Assembly: GCA_013265495.1 (NCBI GenBank)
Contig: MU058009.1
Span: forward strand, 2,110,001 to 2,174,000
From: Vicugna vicugna
Taxonomy: Eukaryota
Direction of reading: 5' to 3'
DNA length: 64,000 nucleotides
Part shown: positions 52,420-64,000 of the stretch, piece by piece
How positions within the stretch are numbered: the stretch's first letter is position 1
How the letters are laid out: each line of letters opens with the position of its first letter
Notes under the pieces: model-generated
Seen by the model: the letters and a program-made list of their open reading frames with translations, nothing else
Told to the model about the DNA's origin: nothing
Database searches by the model: none
Made by a program: the position numbers and the translations under genes

Positions 52420-53180
52420 AGCTTCAGTGTTAAGTGTACTGGAAAGCCAATACACAGATGATATGATGTGACTGATACGTGACATTATTTTTTGCTCCTG
52501 TGTATAGGACAGGGAGTCGAGGCAGTAAAGTCTGCTGGCAGTTTTCCAGGGCAGGAAGGCTATCAGCCCAGGTTTTAACAGTGTAAAAAAACCGCCTGGA
52601 TATCGTCAGGTCCAGTTTATATTCTGAAGGCGGAGATGACAGGACTCAATACGAGATGAGAAGGAAAAAGCCGGAGGCCGACTCCCGACTGGGCAGACGG
52701 AGCCACTTCACCCGAGACAGCGAAGACCTGGGAGAGGGGGAGGGGGGAGTAAATGAAAGAAAGAGCAATTCATAGTCCTGCCCTGTTCCTGTCACATTTG
52801 AAGTGTCTATTAGACATCCAAGTGGAGGAATGGGGTGAGATGAGTCCAGAGCAGAGTGGGAAAAGAAGTCAGTAGTAAAAATAGGAATCTGAGCCCCTCA
52901 GTGTGTAAATGGTGCCTGAAACCATGAAGATGGATGAACTCACCTGAGGAGAGCCCAGGGACAACTTCAGAGCTGGGGGCGGATAGGAAAGTAGACGTAG
53001 CTGCAAAAAGACACAGACAGCGAGGAGCTAAGAGGCCACAGAAAGGAGTCGGCCGACGTAAAATGCTGGTGAGACACCAGCTAGCACACAGACGCCGAAC
53101 TGACCGTGGCCTTGACACGACACAGGTCACGGCAGCCTTGGTGAAAAGCAGTTCAGTGAGCGGCGGAGCCAGGGCTCAAA
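52420..53180 (-). mobile_element. L2 LINE fragment
   Basis: TTTGAAGTGTCTATTAGACATCCAAGTGGAG...TGAAACCATGAAGATGGATGAACTCACCTGAGGAGAG are L2 antisense motifs. Confidence 0.75.
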
Positions 53181-53539
53181 TGGATCAGGCCAAAGCGAGA
53201 AGAAGGGCGCGGAAGCAGACACGCAAACGTGAACGTGCGCTGCAAAAGGGACAAAGGAGTCGGGCGGCAGCTCCAGAGAATCATAAGGCGGAGGAGAGGG
53301 TGCTTTAGCAGGAGGCGGTCTACCCAGGGAGACACTGGCGGCCCCAGCAAGGCAGAAGTTTACTCCTCTGACTTGACCACACGAGGACAAACGAGCAGCC
53401 ACAGACGGCTCTGCTCCACGAGGCCGCCCAAGGATCCAACCTACCGCCTCACCCGCCCCCAGAGTGCCGTGCTCACCTGCAAGGCTGAATAACATGAACC
53501 AGCACTACGCTCTCCCCGCAAAAGGGGCAAGAGGACGCA

Positions 53540-53770
53540 GAGAACAACCTGCTTCCTTTCTAAGGTCGTGACTCCGAAATCGCACACATCACTTCTGGCC
53601 ATAACCATTTAGCCAAAGGTCATCACGTGGCCACGTCCAGCTGAAAGAGGGAGGCCGGGAAATGCAGTCTAGCTGGGCATCCAGGTGCCAGAGAAAGCTT
53701 GAGGGCTCTCTCTCTGAAACGAAGCTGCAGAGAATGGCATTTGGTGAACAATTAATCATCACCGCTGCAA
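53540..53770. mobile_element. MaLR (MLT1-type) LTR fragment
   Basis: CACATCACTTCTG...TCACGTGGCCACGTCCAGCTGAAAGAGGGAGGCCGGGAAATGCAGTCTAGCTG. Confidence 0.7.
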
Positions 53771-54569
53771 GTAACACAGGGCATGTCTGCACACTAAGAA
53801 TGATCATTTAAGGGAAAAATCACTGCAGGAGTGAAGGCCTTAAGCAGGAACAAAATGAATGAGATCCAGGGCAGATTTACTGCCCCAGAAGCAGTCACTT
53901 TGGTCCCTAGTCACTTCTCACCCGCTTGACTTTTCAGAAGAAACACTGTCCCTTGAATGCATTTCCAGCACATTAAAGTAACCCTTTCCTTCCATCTAGT
54001 AAATCAAGCAACTACACAGAATGAGTATAAAAATCTAGCCCAGAATGGGCAGTCCTCACTTGAGCTGTCTTCTAATAGGCTGATTCAAAGATGCTGTTTC
54101 TCTGTCAAAGAGAATATGACCAAATTTCAGAGCTACAGGCAGTCCACAAAGCTCATTTTACAAGTGTTCGAGGCCACGAGGCCACAAAGTGTCCTCCCCA
54201 ATAGTACACCCAGTCCTCGAACTGCCAGGTCAAGGATCATCCCACTCTTCCCTCGTCTGCTGTTTCATGATATTCTTTTTCACAATACAGGTTATCTTCC
54301 CAAAGGAATGAACACTTCCTAAGGCAGAGACTCAGTGCCACCTTGTTCTGTATCTGTTTTTCACTGCATTTAGCATGACTACTTATTTGTAGTCAGTGGG
54401 TACTTTTCGTTTCACTGATAAAAGAGGTTTGGTTTCCCACATCCTACCGGAACTAGGACTGCTACTGCATCTGGAAGACCAGTGGGTGTCAGCTCTTCCT
54501 CAGACAGAAGGTCAATGCGAACTGGGCAAGTACAGAGGATGGTCCCTACTTTAAAAAAAAAAAAAATCA

Positions 54570-54745
54570 GAGAATCATGGAATTTTGGAGCAAGTAAAGA
54601 TCTTATAGAACTCTAGTCTGATGCCCTCATCATGGATATAAGGAAAATGAGGTTCAGAGAGATGAATTACCTGCCCAGTCACAGACTACTTACACAGAGC
54701 CAAGACAAGAACCCAGGACCTCTGACTTCAAGCTCAAATCTCCTT
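54570..54745 (-). mobile_element. MIR SINE
   Basis: GATATAAGGAAAATGAGGTTCAGAGAGATGAATTACCTGCCCAGTCACA...GAACCCAGGACCTCTGACT. Confidence 0.75.
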
Positions 54746-56459
54746 TCTCTGTTACAGCGTTTTCATCTGTACTTAACATACGGGGGAATTACTAAACTTC
54801 ACATCATACGTTCTTCAAAACTGTTGAAAATGCTACTCATCTTAGGAGTCTTTTTACCACATCACATCTCTTACCAATAAAAAGAGGAACAGGAATTACT
54901 GTTTCCATCCTATATACAAGGGAATAAAAACAGTGCAGCAAATGGTCTGCCCAAGACCAGAAGGCTGAATCCCAGATAATAAAGATGACTATTTTAAGAG
55001 CAAATGAATGGAAAATCCACTTTAGAATTCTTTCCCAGAGCGTGGCACCTATCTTTCCTGACAGAGACGATGTACACATACCATAGTGCTCCCACAAGGC
55101 ATGGGTCACACAAGCTTTTCCTCTCAAAGCCTCTCATCTCCACAGCCACCAATACTATTATGTATTATGAGCCACGGTATAAAATCAAGCAGTAAATGGA
55201 CATGTGATCATAAGCCAGACAGCAGCTCTCCCTGAAAACCAGAATCCTACTTCCACTCTGAACATTCTGGCTCAAGTATTTCTTACGAGAAATTAAACCG
55301 AACATCTCATTTCTCATTTCCTTTTACCTTCTTAAAACAACCTTTTAAATATCGGGGAGGCCCCGTGTCCAGGTACACTGTGAAACTATAAACATCCATT
55401 TCACTAAATTTTTACATTTTAGTACTGGAGGAATATCCCCTCTCAATCTCCACCCCTTCGAGTAGGAAGCCTCTGGTCGGTTTTGTTGTTTATATGCTTT
55501 AACCTCAAAAGAACACAGTCTCCTCATGACAGTGGGTCTTCTTTAGACCGCTGCCCCCTGCGAGGCGCTGCCATCAGCCCTGCAGTGTGGTTTTCCAGGG
55601 GCTGCTGCGCTGCGGCCTGAGGAAAGGGCCGGTGCCTCCATCCCCACGCCCCACCGAGGACAGCGTGGGACACTCACGCCCTCCCACGTCACCCCGGACC
55701 ATCCCACGGCATGTAAGCAACATCCAAGGCGTGATACTGCGCAATCTGTAGGACGGCAAGAGCCACAGCGGCCCCACCTCTGTTTTGTCTGACTCAGAAC
55801 AATGATGTTTATTTGCGCACTCTTAGTTTGGGATGAATGTTAAATAAACCAGCGCTTGAAATTAAGAAGCACATCCAATTTATCAATTGTAAGATAACTT
55901 AAACCAAACACTTCAAAAAGCAGCTTAATAGCAAAGCTTCTAGATACTAACCTAGGTCTATCTTTCAAGAAAAAAATAAGCTTTATTATTCCAACTCTGA
56001 AGAGGGTAATATAAAGATGCTAATGCAAACCATAAGAAAGACTTAGAGTGTCATATACATTAGAAAGCTGTCTAACCCTGGCCTAATTTAAAGTTTTTCT
56101 CACATAACTTTCTTTAAAAAAACAAAAAAAAACCAAAAAATACCAATACCAAAACAGAAGTATTTAAATTCTTAAACACAGACTAGTACCAAGAAATTAT
56201 CAAGAACCAGGACCTCTGAAAAACAGCAGAATTATCTTTCTGCCCATCCTTAATCACCTAAATAAGCAAGTGATTACAAAAATACAGTAAAATACAAAGG
56301 AAATCTCCCAAGTTATTCCAATTATCAGCTGTTAACTAAACTAATGGTTTAAGTAAAGGAGAAAATTCAAGAGAACAACTCTTACTACTGGGGCGAAGTG
56401 ATAAACGATATTTTAGGTATACTGTTTATACTAGAATTTACGAACACCATCACCTATGA

Positions 56460-56670
56460 CCTCCTTAGTACTTGCTTTATGCCTACATTGTATGAAGCCT
56501 TGGCAGGTATCATTTCATTTAATCATCACCACAATCTACTAAGACACATTCTATTGTTATTCTCTAACTGCACAGGAGGTACCTGAAGCACCAAGATGTT
56601 AATTCATTTGTCCAGGATCAAAGTTTGTATCACAGCTGGCATTCGAACACAAGTCTATCTGACTCCAAAG
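56460..56670 (-). mobile_element. MIR SINE
   Basis: TCATTTAATCATCACCACAA...TTTGTCCAGGATCA...ATTCGAACACAAGTCTATCTGACTCCAAAGC. Confidence 0.75.
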
Positions 56671-56768
56671 CAAAAACTTAGTACCTTTCCAGGGGTCTTA
56701 ACCTCTATAAAGCTATGATAGCAAATAACGCTTGTGTTAAGTAAAGCAAAAAAGTTTAAGTTCTAAAT

Positions 56769-57092
56769 CAAAGGTTGGCAAACTTTTTCTGTAAAGGGCC
56801 AGATAAAAAAATTTTTAGGCTTTACAGGTCATGCTGTTCCTGCTGCAAGAAATCAACTCTGCTGTTGTACCGCCAACACAGCCACAGACAGATAGTACAT
56901 AAAGAGGTGTGACCACCCAACAAAACTTCATGAGCACTGATGTCTGAATTTCATAACTCACATCATGAAACATTCTTTTTATTTTTTTAACCATTTAAAA
57001 ATGTTTAAATCATTCTTAGTTTCACAGGCCATACAAAAAAAAACAAGCTGCAGGCCAGACGTAGCCCACCTGGTGAATTCTGCCAACATTTG
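56769..57092 (+). mobile_element. MER58B-like hAT MITE, full length
   Basis: TIRs CAAAGGTTGGCA / TGCCAACATTTG (11/12) and 8-bp TSD TTCTAAAT (56761-56768) / TCCTAAAT (57093-57100). Internal TTTTCTGTAAAGGGCCAGATA. Confidence 0.9.
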
Positions 57093-57419
57093 TCCTAAAT
57101 AATGCAGACAAATATAAAACATTTCTGACTAAACAGCTTTTCTCATAACTCCTAACTTGTAACTGCCTTTAATATTTTTAATTCATACTCTAAAGAAGTT
57201 TAAAGTCTCAATAAATTTGAAACCTGTCCAAAATAATCAAAAATTCCAGAGTCCACAACTGTAGATATTACATACGGATTTCCTAAGAATGATAATCACA
57301 AACCTTTGGAGCTCAAAGAGACCTAACACATTCCCATTCACTATGCACATTTTTTTAAATTAATGTTAAGATATTTAAGACAATTAAATACTAAGTTTAT
57401 AGACAATGACAATAATAGT

Positions 57420-57640
57420 TCATGTGTATAAGAATTATTACAAAGCATTTCCACATGCTTTCTCTCATCTAATCCTTCCTCTGTAAGGAAGATAATGCAA
57501 GCCCTCTCATTCCCATTTTACACATAAAGAAAACAAGCCAAGAAATGCAAATAACTTGCCCAAAGAAGGGCCCAGGCCACACAACTTCTAAGCGGCAGAA
57601 ATGCAACCACAACCGAATTTCAAGTCCTTGCTGCCTCTTA
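57420..57640 (-). mobile_element. MIR SINE
   Basis: CCCATTTTACACATAAAGAAAAC...TAACTTGCCCAA...GGCCACACA. Confidence 0.7.
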
Positions 57641-59732
57641 ACTACTTCCACGGACATCAAATTTCACATGAATGGGTTCAACCCTAAACATTTTTAAACA
57701 TATTAGTCATAGTTTTTAAAATACAGTGCCAGTGTTTAGTTCATTTCATTCCATTTTTCTTCTGCTACCACCATCTTCTGAAGAAAGCAGCTGCTACTCC
57801 ATGATATTTCTTAAAGGCATTTACAGTCCATAATAGTGACTCTACGTATGCCGTGCAGGCAACACACCCAGGCCAGCTTGGTAAGGGGAAGACTGCTGAA
57901 TAAGTCATCTAAAGAGAAAATAAGGCAAAGAGAGGAAGAAATGGAAGTGAATGTACTGCCATTAAAGTCTCAGTCCAACTGGAGGATAGCCTCTGGTGAT
58001 TGGAAAATAATGTGGGGGTTAGGAAAGAAAATAGAAGGAACATAACTGCTGGAATTCAAACCAACATCAAAGACTCTAATGACAGTTGAGCCTGCCTGGC
58101 TGCTTCTAGGTCTCTCCCCAGAAAACAAAACAGTTACATAACCAAAGAAGGTTCCTCCAACTAGCATTTCCTCTCTGGCCCACTTACACCCTATCGCCCA
58201 CCTCAGTGCGCACCACCGCACAGTCAACTGGGCTTCCACCCGCGCTGGGGCTGGACAAGTCTCTGTCCAAAGTGCTGCTTTATTCCGCGGACTGCTATAG
58301 GGACGATGGTAGGACGATAACCCGCTTCAGCACCGTTCCAACTTCAGGCCATTCTAGAGAAAACCTACAAAGCACCACCACACACCCAATTTCAGGAATG
58401 AAGGAGACTCCAGATATTCCTGAAAATGGGAATCACAACGTCATAATATCCCATCTTCACGAACAGCCCTATTAAAAAAGAATTCACACCAATGAGCACT
58501 TGAATAACTTTGAGGTCACGTTGTAGCAGCAATTAAAGCTACTATTTCCTTCACTCCAAAGTCCAAGAGGCAAACGTCAAGATTCCGAGTTAGATTTCAA
58601 TTCACCCAATAACGAAAAACATGAAAGTGAATCGCAACCATCACCACCCAAAAATATTACAACAACAAATCCAATTACTGAATCACACTAGCACATTTTC
58701 TGGACTCTGAGCCATGGTACTCTGGCACCATATGTTTTTTCTTTCTTCCAATAGAAATGTGAATACAGACAACGTTCACAAAAGCAACCAGTGTACCAGA
58801 AGTCACTCCCATTCACACCGACTGAAAAGGTCTAAATCTGTGCCAAATAAAACTCTGAAAGAATGAAAAATAAAAAAGATGCTGACAACAATGCAACGTG
58901 GCCCAGCTGCCAGCTACCCATGTAGCATCATGCAGTGCTCCAAGCAGTTTAAAAGCAGATTGCAATTCTGCATGCAGATCGTAATTATAATTATCCAAAT
59001 TCTATTTCCTAAAAGATAACTATTAAACCGCATCCCAAGCATCCTGCCGTGGGTCTCCTCCTCCCCTCCACCTCCTTTAAGCTTCAGCAACAGAAGGTGG
59101 AGTTATCAAGGGTCCAGAAGTAGACTGAAGCTAAAAAATCAGGTTTGACTTTCTTACTCTACCGTCTCTTGTGATCTGTGGGCGAAATTTTTTAACATAA
59201 ATATTTACACAAGTCAACAAAATGAGAAAGGCAAGAAGGGAGGTGGTGGCGGGGGAGTCCAAGGGGGGGAAAAAGCACCAAGTCACCAGCCCCGTCCAAT
59301 ATGCAGCGGCAACTTCAGCCAATTAGAAAGACGAGAGGGAAAACTCCACGGGAGCGCCGGCGAGCACAGCGGGGGGCGGGCACGGCGAGGGCGCCCGTGG
59401 GCGGCGGAGGGGAGCGCCCGCGCCCCCGGGACCCCCAGGCCGCCCGGCCCGCGTCTCGGGCCGGGAGCGCTGCAGCAGGCCGGCAACCGCCGGGCCCCGT
59501 CCGCCGAGGCCGCGGGGAAGTGGCCCGGCCCGAGCGCGGTCCGCCCCGGGAGGCCGGGGAAGGAGCCCGCGGGGGACGGGGAAACCCGAGATGGCCTTCT
59601 AAGAACATTCGATCCCGAACCTGTACTTAAAAAAGAATTCCTCCCGAAAGGCTAGCCAGGCCCCCACAGCCTTCCCCCAAGCGCCTGCCCACGTCACCGG
59701 CGCCCCCGGCCCTCCCGCGGCCCCCGCCTTAC

Positions 59733-60065
59733 CGAGCCCCGCGGCCCCGCCGCGCCGCCGCGGCGTCGCTGCGCCCCGCTCGCCGCTCCGTGTCTGCCCT
59801 GCGGGGCGCCGGGCCCGACGCCCTCCTCCTCCGCCTCCTCCTCGTCGTCGCCCTCGTCCTCGCCGCCGAGCACCGCCCGCGCGCCGAGCCTAGCGCCTGG
59901 CCGCCGGGGGCAGCCGCGGGGGCTCGGCCGGGCGCCCCCCGCGCCAGCGCCTCATCCCGCCGCGCCGCCCCGTCAGGCTCGGGGGCGGGGACGCCGGGCT
60001 CCGGGCCGCGGCCTCGGAGTCCCCACCTCCGACACGCACCGCGCTCGCCCTCCCCCGGCGGAGAC
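59733..60065 (-). other. ARHGAP32: Probable distal first exon (5' leader) of ARHGAP32; its 5' end lies in or beyond the N gap
   Basis: Strong minus-strand donor CTCG|GTAAGG at 59733/59732 inside a CpG island, on the same strand as the coding exon. No other recognisable gene lies between them. Consistent with my recollection of a distal CpG-island first exon in human ARHGAP32. Confidence 0.75.
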
Positions 60066-60193
60066 NNNNNNNNNNNNNNNNNNNNNNNNNNNNNNNNNNN
60101 NNNNNNNNNNNNNNNNNNNNNNNNNNNNNNNNNNNNNNNNNNNNNNNNNNNNNNNNNNNNNNNNNNNNNNNNNNNNNNNNNNNNNNNNNNNNN
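60066..60193. other. Assembly gap (128 N)
   Basis: Run of N in the most GC-rich part of the CpG island. Confidence 1.
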
Positions 60194-63100
60194 GGGCGCG
60201 CCCAGGCCTCGCCTGCCGTTGTCCCGGGAGCGCACGTGCGCGGCGGGGGGGCGGGGCGGCGAGGGGCGCGCGGCTCGCCCTCCCCGGGGCGCGAGGGCCG
60301 CGGGGCGCGGGAAGGGGGCCGAGACGCCGCCTCGGGGGTGCGGGCGAGCTCTGCTGCCTCGGCTTCTGCTTTGTGCTGCGGTGCAAAAATACAAAACCTG
60401 CCGCAGCAGCGGTACCGCCGGGAAGACATCCTCCGGGACTATGGCAGTGGCGCCTCTCCACTCCCAGCTGACCCCTGGCTGCTGTCACCGCGCGGCGACG
60501 GAGAGGAGAGGGGGCGTTGCCCAAGTCAGGAAGCTCCTCGGCTCTCCATCTCTTGCGTATTTTGGTCAAAAAATTAACTCTCACCGGTTATTATTTGGGA
60601 TCTGGGCCTAAAAGTTCCTTCGGTTGTCTTCTTCATTCAGAGTTAAGGATCAAAAGATGGGAAGTGACCTGGCAGGGGAGAGGAAGGACAAGAAAGGGTG
60701 AAAGAGTAACACACCCCTAAGATGCGTGGCTAGGAGACTCGAGAACCCCTGCCTGAGGGTGGCACTGCCCTTGGTTCTCCCCCTGTTCTTGTGTTCAGCC
60801 TTTAAAGATTGTGCAGCACTTGGACCTGCAACAACCACCCGTGTAACGAACACATCTTGACATTCTACCCTTTTCCTATTTTGATCTTTTTCTTTTATTC
60901 ATGTACCTTTCACTCCTGACTCTTTTGGTATCTAAATGTTGGGGATGGGGTTAACCTACGTAATTTAACTGAGTCCTCAAACCTACCCATGCCAAATACT
61001 GCACCATCTAATGTCGCTGCAGTGATTCGGGTCCACTCAGCATTTAGTCATTCAAGTGGGAGTCACCGAATATAAAACGTGGCCTTGACCATAGTTGGCA
61101 GAATTTTAAGAACACAGACGTGAAGCCGGATTTCACCACATCCTGGAGAGAAATTAGGGAGTGCACATGTGCAATAATCTCATTCTTGCCAGATTCATTG
61201 TTACTGAAGTTTCTTTAAAGACCGAGATTCTACATGTTTTGTAGCAAAGGAGGGAAGGGATGTAATGAGATTTGCATAGAGGCACAGACTGGGGTGGAAA
61301 ATATAAAGACATATATTTTGAATCAGTGTATCCCGGTATGGTAGCCACCTACTGGAAACAGGTGCACTGAGGATCTGTAATGGTCTTAGTGGGTACTTCC
61401 TAAGAGCTGGAAAAACAGCCAGGTGAGTGAGGAAAACCAGAGGTCTGCACCTTCACACCAACCCAGAGCTTAAAAATCGCTCTCCAAACTGCTTCAGCCC
61501 CGTGGGTTCACTTTTTGACCTTCTGACCACAGAGCCATCTCTGCCCGAGAGGTCCAAATGTGCAGAGAGAGATTCAATAGCTTGTGTTGTTCCTGGGGTT
61601 GGTGAGCATTAAATATAAAATCTCCCGTGAGGTCAAGAAGAGGTCAATGTGGGACATTAAACCAAGTCACCGTGGGAAGCGAGTTTTGCCCAAGGCGCTC
61701 GTCTGTTGTCTGTTGGCTACTCTCAGCTAAGATAATGACATCCTGTGTTCTTTTCAGAAAGCCTTCACATCCCAGAGTTTTGCCACCACACCCCCAAATT
61801 CAGCTGCACTGACCGAATATTAAACGGTTTATGCTCAGCTGGTGAAGAAGGTGAATAAAGGAGCTGGGATCTATGCATCTGTTGGATGACACAGATATTT
61901 TACTTCAGAGTCTCAAAACATTTGGGTAAATTTCCCCCTATTGGTATTCTATCTAGTTCAGAGAAAGGACAAATGGACTCCTTCTGTGTGTTCCAGATGT
62001 CGGGGGCGTTTGAGCAACATGCGTGCTGATGTTCCTCCCTCTTGTTCGGAGCCAGCACTCCCCCTCCTTGGAAAGAAGCATCCGGATAGCCTGTGAATAA
62101 GTAGTTATTCTTGCCGAACCTGCAGATGAGCTGTAGGCTGTGGTTTCCGGGTAGCTCTGCAGCCACCTGAACTTGGTGCTTATGAGTTTCTAACCAGTTA
62201 CCTCTGTCCTAATAACACCTTTTGTGATTTCATACGTGTATCCTGGTCATTGCAACATCCCCTATTAAAAGAGAAATCTTGTCTGGCTGGAAGATCATGT
62301 TAAATAACTGCATTTGTTCTAGTTTGATTCAGTATTCTCAAGGTGAGGAGCAGAAGGGGAGGGGAAAAGGCCAGTTTCTGCTGTCTCTGAAGCTGTCGGA
62401 GGCCTCAGCCTGGCCTCTTTTCCTGACCTGGGCGCTGTCGTCTTCCGGACGGCAGCATCTGGGCTCACTCCTGGCATCTCAGATCTGTTGCACTGCAGTC
62501 CCCTCCAGGCACTGAAGCCGCGTCACGGTGCAGACAAGTGGAGCCAGCTCGGAGGGCTGCACCGCCTGTCTCACCTTGAGTTTTACAGAGAGCCTGAGAA
62601 TTTCAGCAAGGGAGAGAGAGGAAGCTTATTTTCATCCTCACATTGAAGGCTCAACAGCTGGCTTGAGAGAAATGAGTTGCTGAAAGCGGGCCAGGCTTAA
62701 GAGAGAATTTTTCCAAAGTGACACTTGACATTGCCTTGTTTATTTATTTTTTCTTCCTGGCCAAAAGGCCAGCTCCATATTGTGTCCCCCTTCAACAGGA
62801 TAATTAAATAGATTTTTGGAAAAGATGTGTTGTCTGTGTGTAGCATTCTCCTAGCTAATCTGGATGCCCCTGGAGTAGCCTCTAAACATTGAAACCTTTA
62901 CAACAAAAAACTACTATTGGGCAACATTTTAGGAAGTGGTCAGTAAGGCTGACTGTCCAGGGCAGTCACTGAAATGATAAACTTTCCATCTTCTCTCCTC
63001 TCCAGTCACATTTTGGTTCATGAGCCCCTATTACAATAATTTAGAACTTTTGGCTGTTCTCCTACAAAGATTTTTTTTTTTTAAGTCTTTAAACCTTAAC

Positions 63101-63259
63101 ACCAGTTGCGCCATCTACATACCTGCTTTTGAATGTTCAGCCAGAAAGTAGCTCCTTTGCTGTCTCCTCCTGGGGGTGGTTCTCCATTTCCAGAATTTGA
63201 AATGTTGACTGCCCCAGGGCTCTGACCTTGGCCCTTTCCTATTCTCTTTCTACACCCCC

Positions 63260-63965
63260 TCCCAGGGCGGTCTCCTGCAGCCCCTGACTTTAAATAGCCT
63301 CCACTCACTGATGTATATCTTTCACCCTGACCTCTCACCGTCACTCCGGCTCACACACCCAGCCCTCTTCCGAGGCATCAGTATTTGAATATCTCTAACT
63401 TCACGTGTCCGAAGAACTCTTGACTTGCCATATCAAAAACAAAACCCAAAATTTCTTCCTTCAAGTCTTCCCCTTCTCAGGACAAAAACAACTCTTTCTC
63501 TCTAACACCACATTCATTTTAGCAGGAAAAATCCTTCCACCTCTACCTTCAAAACATATACTGAATCCAATCTCTTCCCTCTCTTCTAACTGCTGGCACC
63601 CATGTTTGCCCCCCTGAAACCTCTACCCTGGGTGACTAACTGGCCTCCGGCTTCATTTCTTACCCCTCCGTGGTCTGGTCTCAAATAAGCAACTAGAGAA
63701 TTTCTTTTAAAACATTAGTACAATGTCATTCTCCTTGCTCAGAACTCTTCAGTGCTTCTAATTACACTACAATAAAATCCAAAGTCCTTTCCCAGCCTCG
63801 CCAGTCCCTTCTGTCACTATTCACCTCTCCAGCCTTTACCTCGTAACCTTCGCTCTGCTCCAGCTATGTGGCCGGCCTCCAACTATCCCTTAAACTAGGC
63901 AGAACCGCCTCTTCCTGGCTTTTCAATTAACCTTCTCATCTGCTATCTAAAATAGTTTGCCTTCT
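63260..63965 (+). mobile_element. L2 LINE fragment
   Basis: CATCAGTATTTGAATATCTCTAAC...CTCTACCTTCAAAACATATACTGAATCC...CTAACTGGCCTCC...AATAAAATCCAAAGTCCTT. Confidence 0.8.
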
Positions 63966-64000
63966 CTGTTGTCTTCCTCTGCTTTTTTTTTTTCTGAGTA

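Larger units (their letters stand above)
59290..60545. promoter_or_regulatory. CpG island promoter
   Basis: Very high GC and CpG density against an AT-rich background. Contains GC boxes (GGGGCGGGG ~60248-60256) and the palindrome GCGCACGTGCGC (60230-60241) with a CACGTG E-box. Confidence 0.92.

Noticed and set aside
51885..53495. ORFs of 106-175 aa on both strands
   Set aside because: They overlap L1, MER20 and L2 remnants in a GC-richer patch.
55646..55670. Second RE1-like site (CCCCACCGAGGACAGCG)
   Set aside because: The left half lacks the critical CAG; only the right half-site matches.
59733..59875. Acidic minus-strand frame VLGGEDEGDDEEEAEEEGVGPGAP in the distal exon
   Set aside because: It has no ATG after the TGA at 59954-59952 and exits the exon in phase 0, unlike the METESE exon's phase-2 donor. 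Explained by (GGA/GAG)n low complexity.
59790..60611. 273-aa plus-strand ORF with a signal-peptide-like LLLRLLLVVALVLAA
   Set aside because: It starts at GTG and spans the N gap. The hydrophobic run is simply the antisense of a GAG/GAC-rich tract, and GC-rich DNA lacks stops.
1..64000. CRISPR arrays, operons or other prokaryotic-type systems
   Set aside because: The sequence is mammalian intronic DNA; I saw no repeat-spacer arrays or dense coding regions.

Overview
Mammalian genomic DNA, most likely from a camelid (alpaca, llama or camel), inferred from a tRNA-derived SINE of camelid type and cetartiodactyl-type L1 3' ends. The window holds the 5' end of ARHGAP32 (PX-RICS) on the minus strand. 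A 116-nt coding exon (4737->4622) encodes METESESSTSGDDSVFWLDSEVITPVTDGEEEGREEHS(R), which I recognise as the N-terminus of the long PX-RICS isoform. About 55 kb further upstream, a CpG island (~59.3-60.5 kb, broken by a 128-N gap) holds a GC-rich exon ending in a strong donor (CG|GTAAGG at 59733), probably a distal first exon of the same gene. Everything else is intronic or flanking DNA rich in old repeats (L1, L2, MIR, Tigger, Charlie, MER20, MER58, MER115, MaLR and ERV LTRs). Apart from the two CpG-island frames discussed in the findings, the supplied ORFs look like chance ORFs or repeat remnants, and the track misses the real exon. I found no convincing new multi-gene system. The best leads are regulatory: two same-phase 5' exons, uORFs, an acceptor-like site abutting the start codon, an RE1/REST-like site, an E-box cluster and a MER41-type LTR. 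Repeat names come from recalled consensus motifs, not a search, and boundaries are approximate unless TSDs or TIRs are quoted.
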